Source of the DNA: a bacterium
Lineage (GTDB): Bacteria; Bacteroidota; Bacteroidia; UKL13-3
Direction of reading: 5' to 3'
Length of the DNA: 64,000 nucleotides
NCBI GenBank assembly: GCA_034439755.1
Contig: JAWXAZ010000140.1
Span: forward strand, 13,789-77,788
Shown in pieces: positions 1 through 10,306 of this stretch. Positions within the stretch are counted from its first letter, which is position 1, and each line of letters opens with the position of its first letter. The translations under genes were made by a program, and so were the position numbers. Under the pieces are notes generated by a model. The model was not told the origin of the DNA and ran no database searches. It saw nothing but the letters and a program-made list of their open reading frames with translations.

Positions 1-196
1 GGGCAATTATTATTATGTATTAAGCTCTTTCAAAATTTCTAAAAGCGCCGATTTACATTTTAAAATCAGCTATTTATCACGAAACAACAATCAAGACAAT
101 AGCAAACTTGAGCTTTACAAGGAAATGGAATTTAAATGTCAGTTAAGAATTAAAATACGTGGTGAATAAATAAAATATTTTTTAATTTCATTTCTT

Positions 197-204
197 TACT
201 TTTG
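197..204 (+). promoter_or_regulatory. candidate Bacteroidota -7 promoter box (TACTTTTG, matches TAnnTTTG)
   Basis: Exact match to the TAnnTTTG -7 consensus known for Bacteroidota primary-sigma promoters. It lies 26 nt upstream of the ATG at 231. Confidence 0.3.
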
Positions 205-230
205 CGCTAAAATTAAGAAAACCAACAATC

Positions 231-1484
231 ATGGATTTATTTGAAAAATTAAAGAAAAAAATTGGCCCTCTTGGTCAGTACGCCGATGATGCCTATGGAT
301 ATTATATGTTTCCAAAATTGGAAGGGGAAATTGGTCCAGAAATGGATTTTCGTGGACAAAAAATGCTTAATTGGAGTTTGAATAATTACTTAGGTTTAGC
401 CAATCACCCAGAGGTTAGAAAAGTGGATGCCGAAGCTGCCGAAAAATTTGGTTTAGGTTACCCAATGGGTGCAAGGATGATGAGTGGAAATTCTGTTTAT
501 CATGAGCAATTGGATAATGAGTTAGCGGCATTTGAATCGAAGGAAGATGCTGTTCTATTGAACTATGGATACCAAGGCATGGTAAGTGCCATTGATGCCC
601 TAGTAGATCGCCACGATGTAATTGTATATGATGCAGAAAGTCATGCTTGTATTGTTGATGGCGTGCGTTTACACATGGGCAAGCGATTTGTGTTTGAGCA
701 CAACGACATGGAAAGCTTAGAAAAGCAATTGCAAAGAGCCACCAGGCTTACCCAGGAATCGGGTGGTGCAATTTTGGTGATTACCGAAGGTGTATTTGGT
801 ATGACAGGTGCGCAGGGTAATTTAAAAAGTATTGTAGCTTTAAAAGAAAAATATAATTTTAGGTTATTTGTTGACGATGCACACGGATTTGGCACCATGG
901 GAAAAACAGGTGCTGGAACGGGAGAAGAGCAAAATTGCCAGGATGGAATTGACTTATATTTTGGAACATTTGCTAAATCTATGGCATTAATTGGAGGATT
1001 TATTGCGGCCGATAAAGAAGTCGTAAAATTTTTAAGGTACAATTTACGTTCACAGATATATGCTAAATCTGTTCCTATGCCAATTGTAATTGGTGCATTA
1101 AAGCGCTTGGATTTAATTCGCAACAATCCCTCCTTTAGAGATAATTTATGGAAAATTGTGAATGCTTTACAGAGTAAGTTAAAAGCAGAAGGATTTGATT
1201 TGGGCCGTACCAATTCACCTGTTTCGCCAGTGATTATGCATGGTACCGTGGCAGAATCAACTTCGGTGGTGCACGATTTGAGGGAAAATTACCATATTTT
1301 CTGTTCGGTTGTGGTGTATCCAGTTATTCCTAAAGGAATGATTTTATTGCGGTTAATTCCAACTGCAGTGCATAATTTGGATCAAGTAGATAGAACAATT
1401 AGTGCATTCAAAGAAATAAGAGAGAAGCTGCAAAGCGGCGCTTATAATACCGAGAAAGTGATAAACATGGCTGATAAAAATTAA
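231..1484 (+). CDS. PLP-dependent alpha-oxoamine synthase family enzyme (KBL/AONS/serine palmitoyltransferase-like)
   Basis: 417 aa. Family-typical segments NNYLGLANHPEV, DDAHGFG and the PLP-lysine motif GTFAKS. Substrate cannot be assigned from sequence. Confidence 0.8.
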   Translation: MDLFEKLKKKIGPLGQYADDAYGYYMFPKLEGEIGPEMDFRGQKMLNWSLNNYLGLANHPEVRKVDAEAAEKFGLGYPMGARMMSGNSVYHEQLDNELAAFESKEDAVLLNYGYQGMVSAIDALVDRHDVIVYDAESHACIVDGVRLHMGKRFVFEHNDMESLEKQLQRATRLTQESGGAILVITEGVFGMTGAQGNLKSIVALKEKYNFRLFVDDAHGFGTMGKTGAGTGEEQNCQDGIDLYFGTFAKSMALIGGFIAADKEVVKFLRYNLRSQIYAKSVPMPIVIGALKRLDLIRNNPSFRDNLWKIVNALQSKLKAEGFDLGRTNSPVSPVIMHGTVAESTSVVHDLRENYHIFCSVVVYPVIPKGMILLRLIPTAVHNLDQVDRTISAFKEIREKLQSGAYNTEKVINMADKN

Positions 1485-1487
1485 ATT

Positions 1488-1952
1488 ATGATGAGAATAA
1501 AAATCCTTGCCTTACTTCTTTTTACGTTCACATTTAGCTCTTTTAAGGGAGATGATGAAATAAAGTGGCTCGACTTTAACAAGGGCTACGAATTAGCTAA
1601 GAAGAAAAACAAAATGATGCTGGTTGATGTATACACCGAATGGTGTGGATGGTGCAAACGCATGGATAGAGATGCTTATGCAAAACCCAATATAATTGGA
1701 ATAGTGAACAGTGATTTTGTGGCGGTAAAATTCAACCCCGAAATTAAGGATATCACGTATCATTATGAGGGCAAAAATTACACAGGCGAGCAATTAGCTG
1801 GGGTAATAAGCAATTATCAAATTAGTGGTTACCCTACTACCATTTTCATGTATCCAAAAGGAAAGAAAATGGAGGTAATGTCTGGGTATAAAAATGCCGA
1901 TCAATTGGCGCCTATTTTAGCCGACATAAAGATGAAATTTAGCAAAAAGTAA
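1488..1952 (+). CDS. secreted thioredoxin-fold protein (CxxC)
   Basis: 154 aa. N-terminal hydrophobic signal sequence and a WCGWC redox motif. Starts 4 nt after the upstream stop. Confidence 0.7.
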   Translation: MMRIKILALLLFTFTFSSFKGDDEIKWLDFNKGYELAKKKNKMMLVDVYTEWCGWCKRMDRDAYAKPNIIGIVNSDFVAVKFNPEIKDITYHYEGKNYTGEQLAGVISNYQISGYPTTIFMYPKGKKMEVMSGYKNADQLAPILADIKMKFSKK

Positions 1953-1976
1953 TAGCATTTTTTAAAAAACTTTCAT

Positions 1977-2017
1977 AAAAAAGGTCACTTACTATGGAGT
2001 AGGTGACCTTTTTTTTT
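1977..2017. terminator. bidirectional rho-independent terminator
   Basis: Stem GGTCACTTACT (1983-1993) / AGTAGGTGACC (1998-2008) with one G-U pair and a 4-nt loop. An A-run lies on the left and a 9-T run on the right. It sits between convergent genes. Confidence 0.7.
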
Positions 2018-2062
2018 AGACAAATCAATTTCAAAAATGCATTGGTTCAGACCGAAAAAAAA

Positions 2063-2929
2063 TTAGATATGCTTTTCTGCGTGGTACGATGAGCGCACCA
2101 AGACACCCGATTCAACATAATTAAACCCTTTGGCCAGACCAACTTCTTTGTAAAAAGCAAATTGTTCTGGGGTAATAAATTCTTCTACATTTAAATGCAT
2201 TTTGGTAGGTTGAAGGTATTGCCCCAAGGTTATTACATCGCAGCCATGAGCGAGCAAATCGTCCATAACTTCTAGCACTTCCTCTTGGGATTCTCCTAAG
2301 CCAAGCATGATGCCAGATTTGGTTCTTAAGCCGCGCTCTTTTGTTCTCCTAATTTGTTCTAAACTGCGCTCATATTTGGCCTGAGGGCGCACTTTTCTAT
2401 ACAACCTTTTCACGGTTTCCATGTTATGAGAAACCACCTCGGGCCTTTCATCAATTACTTGATAGAGCAAATCCCAATTGGTTAAAAAGTCTGGAATTAA
2501 GGTTTCCATGGTGGTACCCCTACTTTCTTGCTTTACCAAACGAATGGTATCGGCCCAAACTTTTGCGCCCTTATCTGGCAATTCATCGCGGTTTACACTG
2601 GTAATTACCGCATGCTTTACATTCATTAATTTAATGGCCTCTGCCACACGCCTGGGCTCATCTAGGTCGTAAGTATTGGCCCTTCCCGTGGCAACTGCGC
2701 AAAAAGAACAACTGCGGGTACAGGTATTGCCTAAAATCATGAATGTGGCGGTACCTTCTCCCCAGCACTCGCCCATATTAGGACAATTTCCGCTTTCGCA
2801 AATGGTATGCAACTTATGCTCATCCACCAATTTTCTAACGCGCCTATAATTTTCCCCAGTGGGTAATTTTACTTTAAGCCAAGATGGCTTTTTTACTTTT
2901 TCTTCTCCTAAAACCGGTAATTCAATCAT
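2063..2929 (-). CDS. lipA: lipoyl synthase
   Basis: 288 aa. Both LipA cysteine clusters are present: [12 protein letters not shown] and radical-SAM [10 protein letters not shown]. Confidence 0.95.
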   Translation of the reverse strand: MIELPVLGEEKVKKPSWLKVKLPTGENYRRVRKLVDEHKLHTICESGNCPNMGECWGEGTATFMILGNTCTRSCSFCAVATGRANTYDLDEPRRVAEAIKLMNVKHAVITSVNRDELPDKGAKVWADTIRLVKQESRGTTMETLIPDFLTNWDLLYQVIDERPEVVSHNMETVKRLYRKVRPQAKYERSLEQIRRTKERGLRTKSGIMLGLGESQEEVLEVMDDLLAHGCDVITLGQYLQPTKMHLNVEEFITPEQFAFYKEVGLAKGFNYVESGVLVRSSYHAEKHI

Positions 2930-2930
2930 T

Positions 2931-3686
2931 CTATTTTCTATTTCCCCAACTATAACTCACATAAAATCCCGCGAGCAATTGATCGTAATTTGTCTTTGCC
3001 ATTATTGGAATGCCGTTCATAAATGCATCTACAGTAACTCCTGCCTCTAGGCACCTAATTTCGTCGCTATACTGCCCCCACTCTACCTGAAAGCCAGCTC
3101 TTCCAAATCCACCTACCTGCAATTTAGTTTCGCTTAATCCCTTAGTAAAAGTAGAATTTCCATAAATTTTATAGATATCAGAATGCTTTTGAGGGTCGTA
3201 TCTTTCGCTTACCAAATAACCTTCACTAGGCGAGTTATCGAACTGATAATAAACCTCAATATAAACGGGCTTTAAAAAAGCAGTAGTAACGCCCACATCA
3301 TAAACAAAATTGATCCCTATGGCATTTTTATAAGGTCTGTCTGTAATAGTAATGGTTTGTCCAAAGCTATTTCGCATTAGATAAACCACGTTCAATCTAC
3401 CAAAAGTATATTGCGTTTGGTTCTCTGTAAAACCTTGCCTTCTATCCTCCTTTGGGTGCCTAATTCTACTAATGTCGAGCTCCCAATGATTTTGTTCCTT
3501 CCCCGTTTTATGCCAACCCAAGCGGTAAAAAGCGCCGCGCGATTTAAACGAGTTTAAGCCAATACCATACAAGTTACTTTTGGTATACATAAGCTGCGGC
3601 TGCGTAATAGGCGCATTTTGCCCGAGAACTAATTTTGTAGTTCCAATAAGGAGGCAAATAAAAAAGTAATGTCTGAACCTATTCAA
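2931..3686 (-). CDS. hypothetical secreted protein, probably an outer-membrane beta-barrel
   Basis: 251 aa. Has a signal peptide and alternating aromatic/polar beta-strand-like pattern, ending in YSWGNRK. Lies 1 nt upstream of lipA on the same strand. No family recognised. Confidence 0.4.
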   Translation of the reverse strand: MNRFRHYFFICLLIGTTKLVLGQNAPITQPQLMYTKSNLYGIGLNSFKSRGAFYRLGWHKTGKEQNHWELDISRIRHPKEDRRQGFTENQTQYTFGRLNVVYLMRNSFGQTITITDRPYKNAIGINFVYDVGVTTAFLKPVYIEVYYQFDNSPSEGYLVSERYDPQKHSDIYKIYGNSTFTKGLSETKLQVGGFGRAGFQVEWGQYSDEIRCLEAGVTVDAFMNGIPIMAKTNYDQLLAGFYVSYSWGNRK

Positions 3687-3718
3687 TTTCTTAACTTTGT
3701 TTCAAATTTAATAAAAAC

Positions 3719-4135
3719 ATGCCAACTTCAGAAGTAATTTATCAAGGCGAATTACGATGTAATGCCACACATATACAATCGGGCAATATAATTGTGACAG
3801 ATGCCCCAACCGATAACCAAGGAAAAGGAGAAGCATTTTCTCCAACAGACCTGCTTGCAACGTCTTTGGGCGTATGCATGGTAACCATCATGGGCATAGA
3901 GGCAAACAAGCGAAAAATCAACATTGATGGCACACAATTAAGCATACAAAAAACAATGGGAACACTACCAAGAAGGGTAGTAAAAATTGAAGTAGAAATA
4001 AAAATTCCAAACCGGAATTTAAGCGCAAGGGACATTGCGGCTATTGAAGAAGCCGGATTAAACTGCCCTGTTGCCAAAAGTTTACATCCCGATTTAATTC
4101 AAGATATAACGTTCTCTTACTTCCTAGAAAGTTAG
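3719..4135 (+). CDS. OsmC/Ohr family peroxiredoxin-like protein
   Basis: 138 aa. OsmC-type segments SPTDLLATSLGVCM and GLNCPVAKSL carry the two conserved Cys. Confidence 0.8.
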   Translation: MPTSEVIYQGELRCNATHIQSGNIIVTDAPTDNQGKGEAFSPTDLLATSLGVCMVTIMGIEANKRKINIDGTQLSIQKTMGTLPRRVVKIEVEIKIPNRNLSARDIAAIEEAGLNCPVAKSLHPDLIQDITFSYFLES

Positions 4136-4255
4136 GCTAATTGAAGGAAGTTGGAAATGAAACTTTGGGCAACTGCCCTTACATGCACTTAAACTCAATA
4201 GAGCCAATAATGCCAGACCAAACAATAACTTTTTCATTTTACTAATTATTAACTA

Positions 4256-5476
4256 TTGAACTCAACGAGCAGCCTTTCTAAACTATTGCAAGAAATTGAT
4301 TTGGGTATTTTTTTGACCCAAAACAAACACTTATCAGCAGAAAAATTCTTACTCCAGGGCAAAGATAATACAAAAGAGTTAAATTGGCTACTTGCCGAGC
4401 AACTCAATTTACACCTCAAAGCCCAACGCAAACTTCCTCAATTTGCTCAAAATCATTGCTGGTTTACTTCAAAAAGTTATGAACAAGCCAGTGGGGAAGC
4501 CACCGCCCTATTCAAATCCGAATTGGTTCAGGGCAAACGTTTATTAGATTTATCTGGCGGCTTAGGGGTTGATGATTGGGCCTTTTCTAGCTTCTTTAAA
4601 GAAATTATTTCTTTAGATCCCGACAATTTTCTCAATGAATTGGTGAGATTTAATTATACAAAACTAGACATTGAAACGATTAAGCGCCTCGATTCCACCG
4701 CAGAAGATTTCCTTTTAAGACAAGATATTGGCCATTTTGATTTAATTTATTTGGATGCCGATAGACGGTCGGCTCAAACAAAATCGTTTTCCTTGGATCA
4801 TGATTCGCCCAATTTTTTATTGCTTCACGCAAGGTGCATGGAATTAAGCGATACCGTAATGCTTAAACTCTCGCCCATGTTAGATCTTGCTTACTTACGA
4901 CAGAATTTGGCCGGACTTCAAAAATTAATCATTTTAGGCGATAAAAACGAGGTAAAGGAGATTATAGCTCTTATTGGGAAAACACCTAATAAAACCATCG
5001 AAATAGAGGCCGTATTGCTGCAAGAAAATCAAGATACTATGCGTTTTTCAAATATGCAAAATAAGGCTACAAATGTTAATAATTATATTGGGTTAAACAC
5101 CCCAGAGGATTTTAAAAAATACCTCTTCGAACCCCATCCATGCATTATTAAAGCAGGGCTTTCAAAAGCCTACTCGCAATATTTCGGTCTCAACCAAATA
5201 GCCATTTCCAGTTATTTATATACAGGTGCCATTTTGCCACAAAATTTTATGGGCAGAGCCTTTGAAATTGTGCAGGTATTTGCGTACTCAAAATCCAAGC
5301 TTAGCCTTTATATCAAAGAGCAAAAATTGGTTCAGGCCAATATTACCAAAAGAAACTTTAAACAGACGGTTCAAGAAATCAGAAAAACATTTAAACTCGC
5401 CGATGGCGGTTCAGACTACCTATTTTTCACCACCGACGCAAACGGCATTCGATTGGTTTTTCACGCTATTAAATGA
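4256..5476 (+). CDS. class I SAM-dependent methyltransferase with a long C-terminal extension
   Basis: 406 aa. SAM motif I LLDLSGGLGVDDW and DLIYLDADRR. The start is a TTG taken from the ORF track, so the exact start is uncertain. Confidence 0.6.
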   Translation: MNSTSSLSKLLQEIDLGIFLTQNKHLSAEKFLLQGKDNTKELNWLLAEQLNLHLKAQRKLPQFAQNHCWFTSKSYEQASGEATALFKSELVQGKRLLDLSGGLGVDDWAFSSFFKEIISLDPDNFLNELVRFNYTKLDIETIKRLDSTAEDFLLRQDIGHFDLIYLDADRRSAQTKSFSLDHDSPNFLLLHARCMELSDTVMLKLSPMLDLAYLRQNLAGLQKLIILGDKNEVKEIIALIGKTPNKTIEIEAVLLQENQDTMRFSNMQNKATNVNNYIGLNTPEDFKKYLFEPHPCIIKAGLSKAYSQYFGLNQIAISSYLYTGAILPQNFMGRAFEIVQVFAYSKSKLSLYIKEQKLVQANITKRNFKQTVQEIRKTFKLADGGSDYLFFTTDANGIRLVFHAIK

Positions 5477-5947
5477 CGAATTTTAGTTAATTAAGCACTC
5501 GATTTACGTCTTGTTTAAAAATTTTGCTTTGGTTGATAGTTTGTTTTAAAATTTCATCTAACGATAATTATGGCAGGTATCCCAAAACATCATTATGTTC
5601 ATGCGATTGAGATAGATTTTATAGATAAGTAAATTTTACGGTATCAACAGTGCTTATCGGATATTTTTTCTATTTGTTTTTGGGCACATCCGAGGATTCT
5701 CAAAGACCAATTTCAATAATACTAAGGTAGGTATTTATATCCAAAATTTCTAGTATAGGGTAAGAAGCATGTTGTACAAAAATTTGGGGGAATCATTAAA
5801 AACTTATCCTATTTTTTGAAGTTATATATTCTCTTAAATTAATTATTTTTGTTTATCAAATCAAAGTAAACAAGCATAATATAAAAGATTACTTTTTATC
5901 AATTTAGAATACATTATGATACGAACATGAATACGTTCCACAAATAG

Positions 5948-6255
5948 CAACAATGTTGTAACTTTGAATTTCCAGGTGATTTTTTGGAACAGGAATTAGA
6001 GCTTGTTGTATTCAAAAAACACGAAGGCTTAGTGGAAGAAAAAAAGAACTTATCTAATAAATATAGCGGAGTTTTTATGAAGGAACATACAGGAAGTTTT
6101 AACCAACACGCTCAACAAATTCTTAAAGAATGGGGAAATTACTAAAAGACAACCCTGTAATTTCAAATTTCTTCTCAGGGAGGCTAAGTGAAAAAGGATT
6201 GGATTTTATGGCAATGGTTTTAGACCAAAGTCCAAACTATTTCCATTTCCCTTAA
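5948..6255 (+). pseudogene. possible decayed VapB/VapC(PIN)-like toxin-antitoxin remnant
   Basis: An open frame at 5948-6145 has no good start codon and ends ...NKYSGVFMKEHTGSFNQHAQQILKEWGNY. It overlaps by 16 nt a 41-codon ORF (6130-6255) that starts MGKLLKDNPVISNFF, which resembles a PIN N-terminus (LLDTNVIS) and then stops prematurely. Confidence 0.2.
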
Positions 6256-6359
6256 CCTCATTGTTCTTCTCCTAACCATTAAAGGAGAAGCGGTATACAA
6301 GTGTAACAAGGAACATACCTAATTAAGTATTAATGCCGATTTAGGAAAGCAATTTGGTG

Positions 6360-7616
6360 TTAAACTTTATTGGGATAAATTTTTAATTTTTGGCCTTTGG
6401 AGACTTTGCTACCTTTGATAGTTTTATTGTTCCAGCGCTTTAGATCGGCCACGGAGACATCGAATTTTTTGGCAATTTTGGCTAAATAATCGCCGCTTTT
6501 TACTTGGTAAATTACTTTGTTGCCTGTTTGCTTTTTCTGAGCTTCTCGGTTCAGCGCAATCATTTCTTTACTTGCTCTAATATTGATGTTGGTATCGCTT
6601 CTTAAAGCGGCCACCCTAACGGCATGGTTGTATGGCAAGGTTAACATCACCCCATTTCCGTTAAAGGGAATAACACCCCTCTTTAATGCAGGATTATATT
6701 GTTTTATTTCTTCTGGTGTTATGCCCAATGACAAGGCCAACTTTTCTATGGAAGTGCTGTTTTCAACCATTACAGTATCCAAATGAAAATACATATCATC
6801 TTCGGCTGGATAGATATTGTGCTCGCTTGCATAATTCATCACATAGGCAGCGGCAATAAAGGCTGGCACATATCCCCGTGTTTCTTTAGGTAAGTAAGGC
6901 ATAATCTCCCAAATATTGGTTTTGCCACCAGACTTGCGTATGGCCTTGTTTACATTACCTGGTCCGCAATTGTAACTTGCAATTACCAAAAGCCAATCGT
7001 GGTAAATTCTATACGAATTCTTGAAATATAAAACAGATGCCTCGGTTGACTTAATAATATCTTTTCTGTCGTCAATGTAATTATCGGTTTTTAAACCATA
7101 CATTCTTCCAGTTGGCGCCATAAATTGCCATAATCCAGCGGCACCCACAGGCGAAATAGCACGTTGGTTCAAAGCGCTCTCTATAACAGCCAAATATTTA
7201 AACTCCATGGGAATATTTTCGCGGTCGAAAACTTCCTCAAAAATAGGGAAATAGAATTTTGAAGTAGAAAGCACCTTGCTAACCAAAGCCCTGCGGCGGT
7301 TTGCATATAAATCAATATAGGCCCTAACTTGCTGATTGTACTCTAATGGAATTTCAGTTTCTAATAAACTTAATCGAAAGGCATAAGTAGAATCGGAATA
7401 AACCGGAACCTCACCTTTGTTAAAACCATAAATATTCATTTCCCCCGGGTCTGTCTTAGGGTATAATTTATCTCGCCAATGAAGGGTATTGCTATCTATT
7501 TTTGCAACAGCCAATTCATGGCTTGATCCCATTCCAACGCTCAAAGGTTGGGCATGTAATCCCAACACAAGGAAGAGAGATACAGAAACGAATAATATAA
7601 TTTTTTTATAAACCAT
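6360..7616 (-). CDS. lytic murein transglycosylase with C-terminal LysM domains (MltD-like)
   Basis: 418 aa. Signal peptide, SLT catalytic segment AVIESALNQRAISPVGAAGLWQFM, and LysM repeats (YQVKSGDYLAKIAKKFDVSVADLKRWN). Confidence 0.85.
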   Translation of the reverse strand: MVYKKIILFVSVSLFLVLGLHAQPLSVGMGSSHELAVAKIDSNTLHWRDKLYPKTDPGEMNIYGFNKGEVPVYSDSTYAFRLSLLETEIPLEYNQQVRAYIDLYANRRRALVSKVLSTSKFYFPIFEEVFDRENIPMEFKYLAVIESALNQRAISPVGAAGLWQFMAPTGRMYGLKTDNYIDDRKDIIKSTEASVLYFKNSYRIYHDWLLVIASYNCGPGNVNKAIRKSGGKTNIWEIMPYLPKETRGYVPAFIAAAYVMNYASEHNIYPAEDDMYFHLDTVMVENSTSIEKLALSLGITPEEIKQYNPALKRGVIPFNGNGVMLTLPYNHAVRVAALRSDTNINIRASKEMIALNREAQKKQTGNKVIYQVKSGDYLAKIAKKFDVSVADLKRWNNKTIKGSKVSKGQKLKIYPNKV

Positions 7617-7808
7617 GCCGTATTATTAACAACTCAAAAACCAAATATAAATCTATTATTTATGGTACTTTCAATTTATGCAAATATAAGTATCCACAGC
7701 TATATAACCTAACAGACAAAAAGTGAGCACTTTACAAGACAATCGAGATTGAAATAGCTTAGTTTTCAACAAAATTTCTCAACTTGCAAAAAATAACCAC
7801 TGCCAACT

Positions 7809-8864
7809 TTGCTGTTTTTTCAACGACTCCTTTTGCCCCTTTCCTTTATTTACCAAGGTATTTTACGCCTAAGGAATCATTTATATGATTCTGGATTCTT
7901 TGGAAGCACCGAATTTGACATTCCAACGATCAATGTGGGCAATTTAGCGTTCGGCGGTACAGGAAAAACGCCCCATATTGAATATTTGATTCGGCTTTTG
8001 CAAAACCAATACCGTGTTGCAGTGCTTAGTAGGGGTTATAAAAGGAAGACAATTGGCTACGTATTTGCCCAAGAAGATGCCACCCCATTTAGCATTGGCG
8101 ATGAACCTTTTCAGATATATAGCAAGTTTTCACAAGTTGAAGTAGCGGTTAGCGAGAACAGGGTTTTAGGCATTCCCAGTTTGTTAATGGATGCACCTTA
8201 TACCGATCTTATTTTATTGGATGATGCTTACCAACATAGAGACCTTAAACCAGGCTTAAATATTTTGTTAACAGAGCAACACAAACTTTATGTAGACGAT
8301 TTTCTGGTTCCTTCGGGATATTTAAGAGAATATGCCGAGGCAAGTAATAGAGCCGATATTATTGTGGTAACAAAATGCGACCCCAATTTAAGTATAAGCA
8401 ACCAGCAACAAATTACCCGAAAATTAAAGCCACTTTCGCATCAAAAAGTGTACTTTTCTTTTATTCAATACGGACAAATTACCCCTTTTTTTGAAGGACA
8501 ATCCATACCCAAAAAATCAGCAGTTTTGGCCTTGGCAGGCATTGCCAATCCGCAAATTTTTGAAGCTTACCTTAAGCAGAAATATGAGCAGGTTTGGCTA
8601 ATGGCATTCCCCGATCATCATTTGCTAACGGATATCGAAATTAACAAGGTTTTTATCGATTTTGACTTGATGCCACAGCAAGAAAAAATCATTGTTTGCA
8701 CCGAGAAAGATTATCAAAAATTAATTCAGGCTCCATACGGAGACCAATTAAAGAAATATCCTTTTTTTTACTTACCCATTGAAGTTGTCTTTTTTGAAGA
8801 AGATAAAGGTAACTTTGATCAAAATATCACACATTATGTTGAGCGGAACAGAAGCTACCATTAA
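7809..8864 (+). CDS. lpxK: tetraacyldisaccharide 4'-kinase
   Basis: 351 aa. P-loop [12 protein letters not shown], and LSRGYKRK and LLDDAYQH segments typical of LpxK. TTG start. Confidence 0.9.
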   Translation: MLFFQRLLLPLSFIYQGILRLRNHLYDSGFFGSTEFDIPTINVGNLAFGGTGKTPHIEYLIRLLQNQYRVAVLSRGYKRKTIGYVFAQEDATPFSIGDEPFQIYSKFSQVEVAVSENRVLGIPSLLMDAPYTDLILLDDAYQHRDLKPGLNILLTEQHKLYVDDFLVPSGYLREYAEASNRADIIVVTKCDPNLSISNQQQITRKLKPLSHQKVYFSFIQYGQITPFFEGQSIPKKSAVLALAGIANPQIFEAYLKQKYEQVWLMAFPDHHLLTDIEINKVFIDFDLMPQQEKIIVCTEKDYQKLIQAPYGDQLKKYPFFYLPIEVVFFEEDKGNFDQNITHYVERNRSYH

Positions 8865-9645
8865 GCACCTTTCTCCTTATTACAACCAAGCAAAAATTGG
8901 CATTATTTTAGGAACGGGCTTGGGTGCCTTGGTAAATGACATTGAAATAGAATACAGCATTCCTTATGATGAAATACCCCATTTTCCGGTGAGCACGGTG
9001 GAAAGTCACCAAGGCAAGTTGCTCTTTGGTAAATTAAGCGGGGTACCCGTGATTGTGATGCAAGGTAGGTTTCATTATTACGAAGGATATGCCATGCAAG
9101 AAGTGACTTTTCCGGTTAGGGTAATGAAACTTTTGGGTGTAAATACGTTAGTTATTTCCAATGCTTCGGGCGGGGTGAATCCCAATTTTGCGGTAAGCGA
9201 TTTGATGGTGGTAAATGACCACATAAACCTAATGCCAGAGCACCCATTGAGAGGGAAAAATGATGCCAATTTAGGACCGAGATTTCCAGACATGAGTGAT
9301 GCCTATGATGCCAAACTGATAGTATTGGCAAAAGAAGTGGGCAAAGAATTAGGCATTTCTTTGCAAGAAGGCGTGTACACCGCGGTTCAAGGTCCAACTT
9401 TAGAAACGCAGGCAGAATACAAATACCTGCGCATCATTGGTTCAGACACAGTGGGCATGAGCACCGTACCAGAAAATATTGTGGCCAGACACATGGGCAT
9501 GCGCGTATTTGCTATATCTGTAATTACCGATTTGGGCGTGCCCGGTTTAATCAAAAAAATTAGCCTGCAAGATGTGCTTAATGCAGCCGCTATTGCTGAA
9601 CCAAACATGACGCGATTGATAAGCGAAATGATAAAACGTATGTGA
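8836..9645 (+). CDS. purine nucleoside phosphorylase (trimeric PNP/PunA type)
   Basis: [30 protein letters not shown] and VGMSTVPE motifs. I prefer the ATG at 8836 ([12 protein letters not shown]) over the track start at 8779. This gives a 29-nt overlap with lpxK. Confidence 0.85.
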   Translation: MLSGTEATIKHLSPYYNQAKIGIILGTGLGALVNDIEIEYSIPYDEIPHFPVSTVESHQGKLLFGKLSGVPVIVMQGRFHYYEGYAMQEVTFPVRVMKLLGVNTLVISNASGGVNPNFAVSDLMVVNDHINLMPEHPLRGKNDANLGPRFPDMSDAYDAKLIVLAKEVGKELGISLQEGVYTAVQGPTLETQAEYKYLRIIGSDTVGMSTVPENIVARHMGMRVFAISVITDLGVPGLIKKISLQDVLNAAAIAEPNMTRLISEMIKRM

Positions 9646-9673
9646 TTAGGTGTGAATAACCTATTTTTGTAAG

Positions 9674-10306
9674 ATGGATATAAGCTCGGCAGTATATAAA
9701 ACAAGTGCAAACAGCCTCAAGGATTGCCCAAAAGTGGAATTACCAGAGTATGCATTTATAGGCAGAAGTAATGTAGGCAAATCATCGTTGATAAACATGT
9801 TGGTTCAGCGCAAAGAACTGGCACGTACTTCTGGCACGCCTGGTAAGACCATTAGCATGAATTTCTTTTGTGTAAATGAAGAATGGAATTTGGTGGATTT
9901 GCCAGGTTATGGTTATGCAAAAAGATCGAAAGACCTAAGGAGTTCGTGGGAAAAAACCTTGTGGAATTACTTAGAAAAAAGAGATAATTTGGTGGTGCTT
10001 TTTGCCTTGATAGATTCGCGCATTGAGCCACAGGAAAGGGATTTAGACTTTGTAAACTTATTAGGCGAAAAAGGTATTCCTTTTAAGTTGGTCTTTACTA
10101 AATTAGACAAACTTAAACAGGCCAAAGCCGATGAAAACATTGAGTTGTTTAAGGAAAAATTGCTTGAGACTTGGGAGGAATTACCACCCATATTTTTAAC
10201 CTCTGCTTTAGACAAAAGAGGAAGAACGGAGTTGTTGAAGGACATCCAAAAAATGAACAAAGACTACCATAAAATTTTAAAGTTAAAAGATGCGCAAATG
10301 AGGTAG
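9674..10306 (+). CDS. engB: ribosome biogenesis GTPase YsxC/EngB
   Basis: 210 aa. G1 GRSNVGKSSLIN, G3 DLPGYGYA, G4 TKLDK. Confidence 0.9.
   Translation: MDISSAVYKTSANSLKDCPKVELPEYAFIGRSNVGKSSLINMLVQRKELARTSGTPGKTISMNFFCVNEEWNLVDLPGYGYAKRSKDLRSSWEKTLWNYLEKRDNLVVLFALIDSRIEPQERDLDFVNLLGEKGIPFKLVFTKLDKLKQAKADENIELFKEKLLETWEELPPIFLTSALDKRGRTELLKDIQKMNKDYHKILKLKDAQMR

Noticed and set aside
641-1213. 190-aa antisense ORF inside the alpha-oxoamine synthase gene, and similar long antisense or off-frame ORFs (e.g. 29714-30289, 30428-30781, 34678-35097, 52751-53167, 53393-53815, 10847-11194, 19061-19480)
   Set aside because: These are shadow ORFs fully embedded in well-supported genes on the opposite strand or in another frame. 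They have low-complexity composition and no recognisable motifs.
5226-5486. 86-aa off-frame ORF at the 3' end of the methyltransferase gene
   Set aside because: It overlaps almost completely with the longer, motif-bearing frame and has no features of its own.
7690-7698. DnaA-box-like 9-mer GTATCCACA in the mltD/lpxK intergenic region (possible oriC)
   Set aside because: It is a single imperfect box with no cluster of boxes, no adjacent AT-rich unwinding element pattern, and no dnaA or dnaN nearby.
8779-8835. Upstream extension of the purine nucleoside phosphorylase ORF (track start 8779)
   Set aside because: The extension lies wholly within the lpxK coding region and encodes a non-conserved basic/hydrophobic peptide. 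The ATG at 8836 gives a typical PNP N-terminus.
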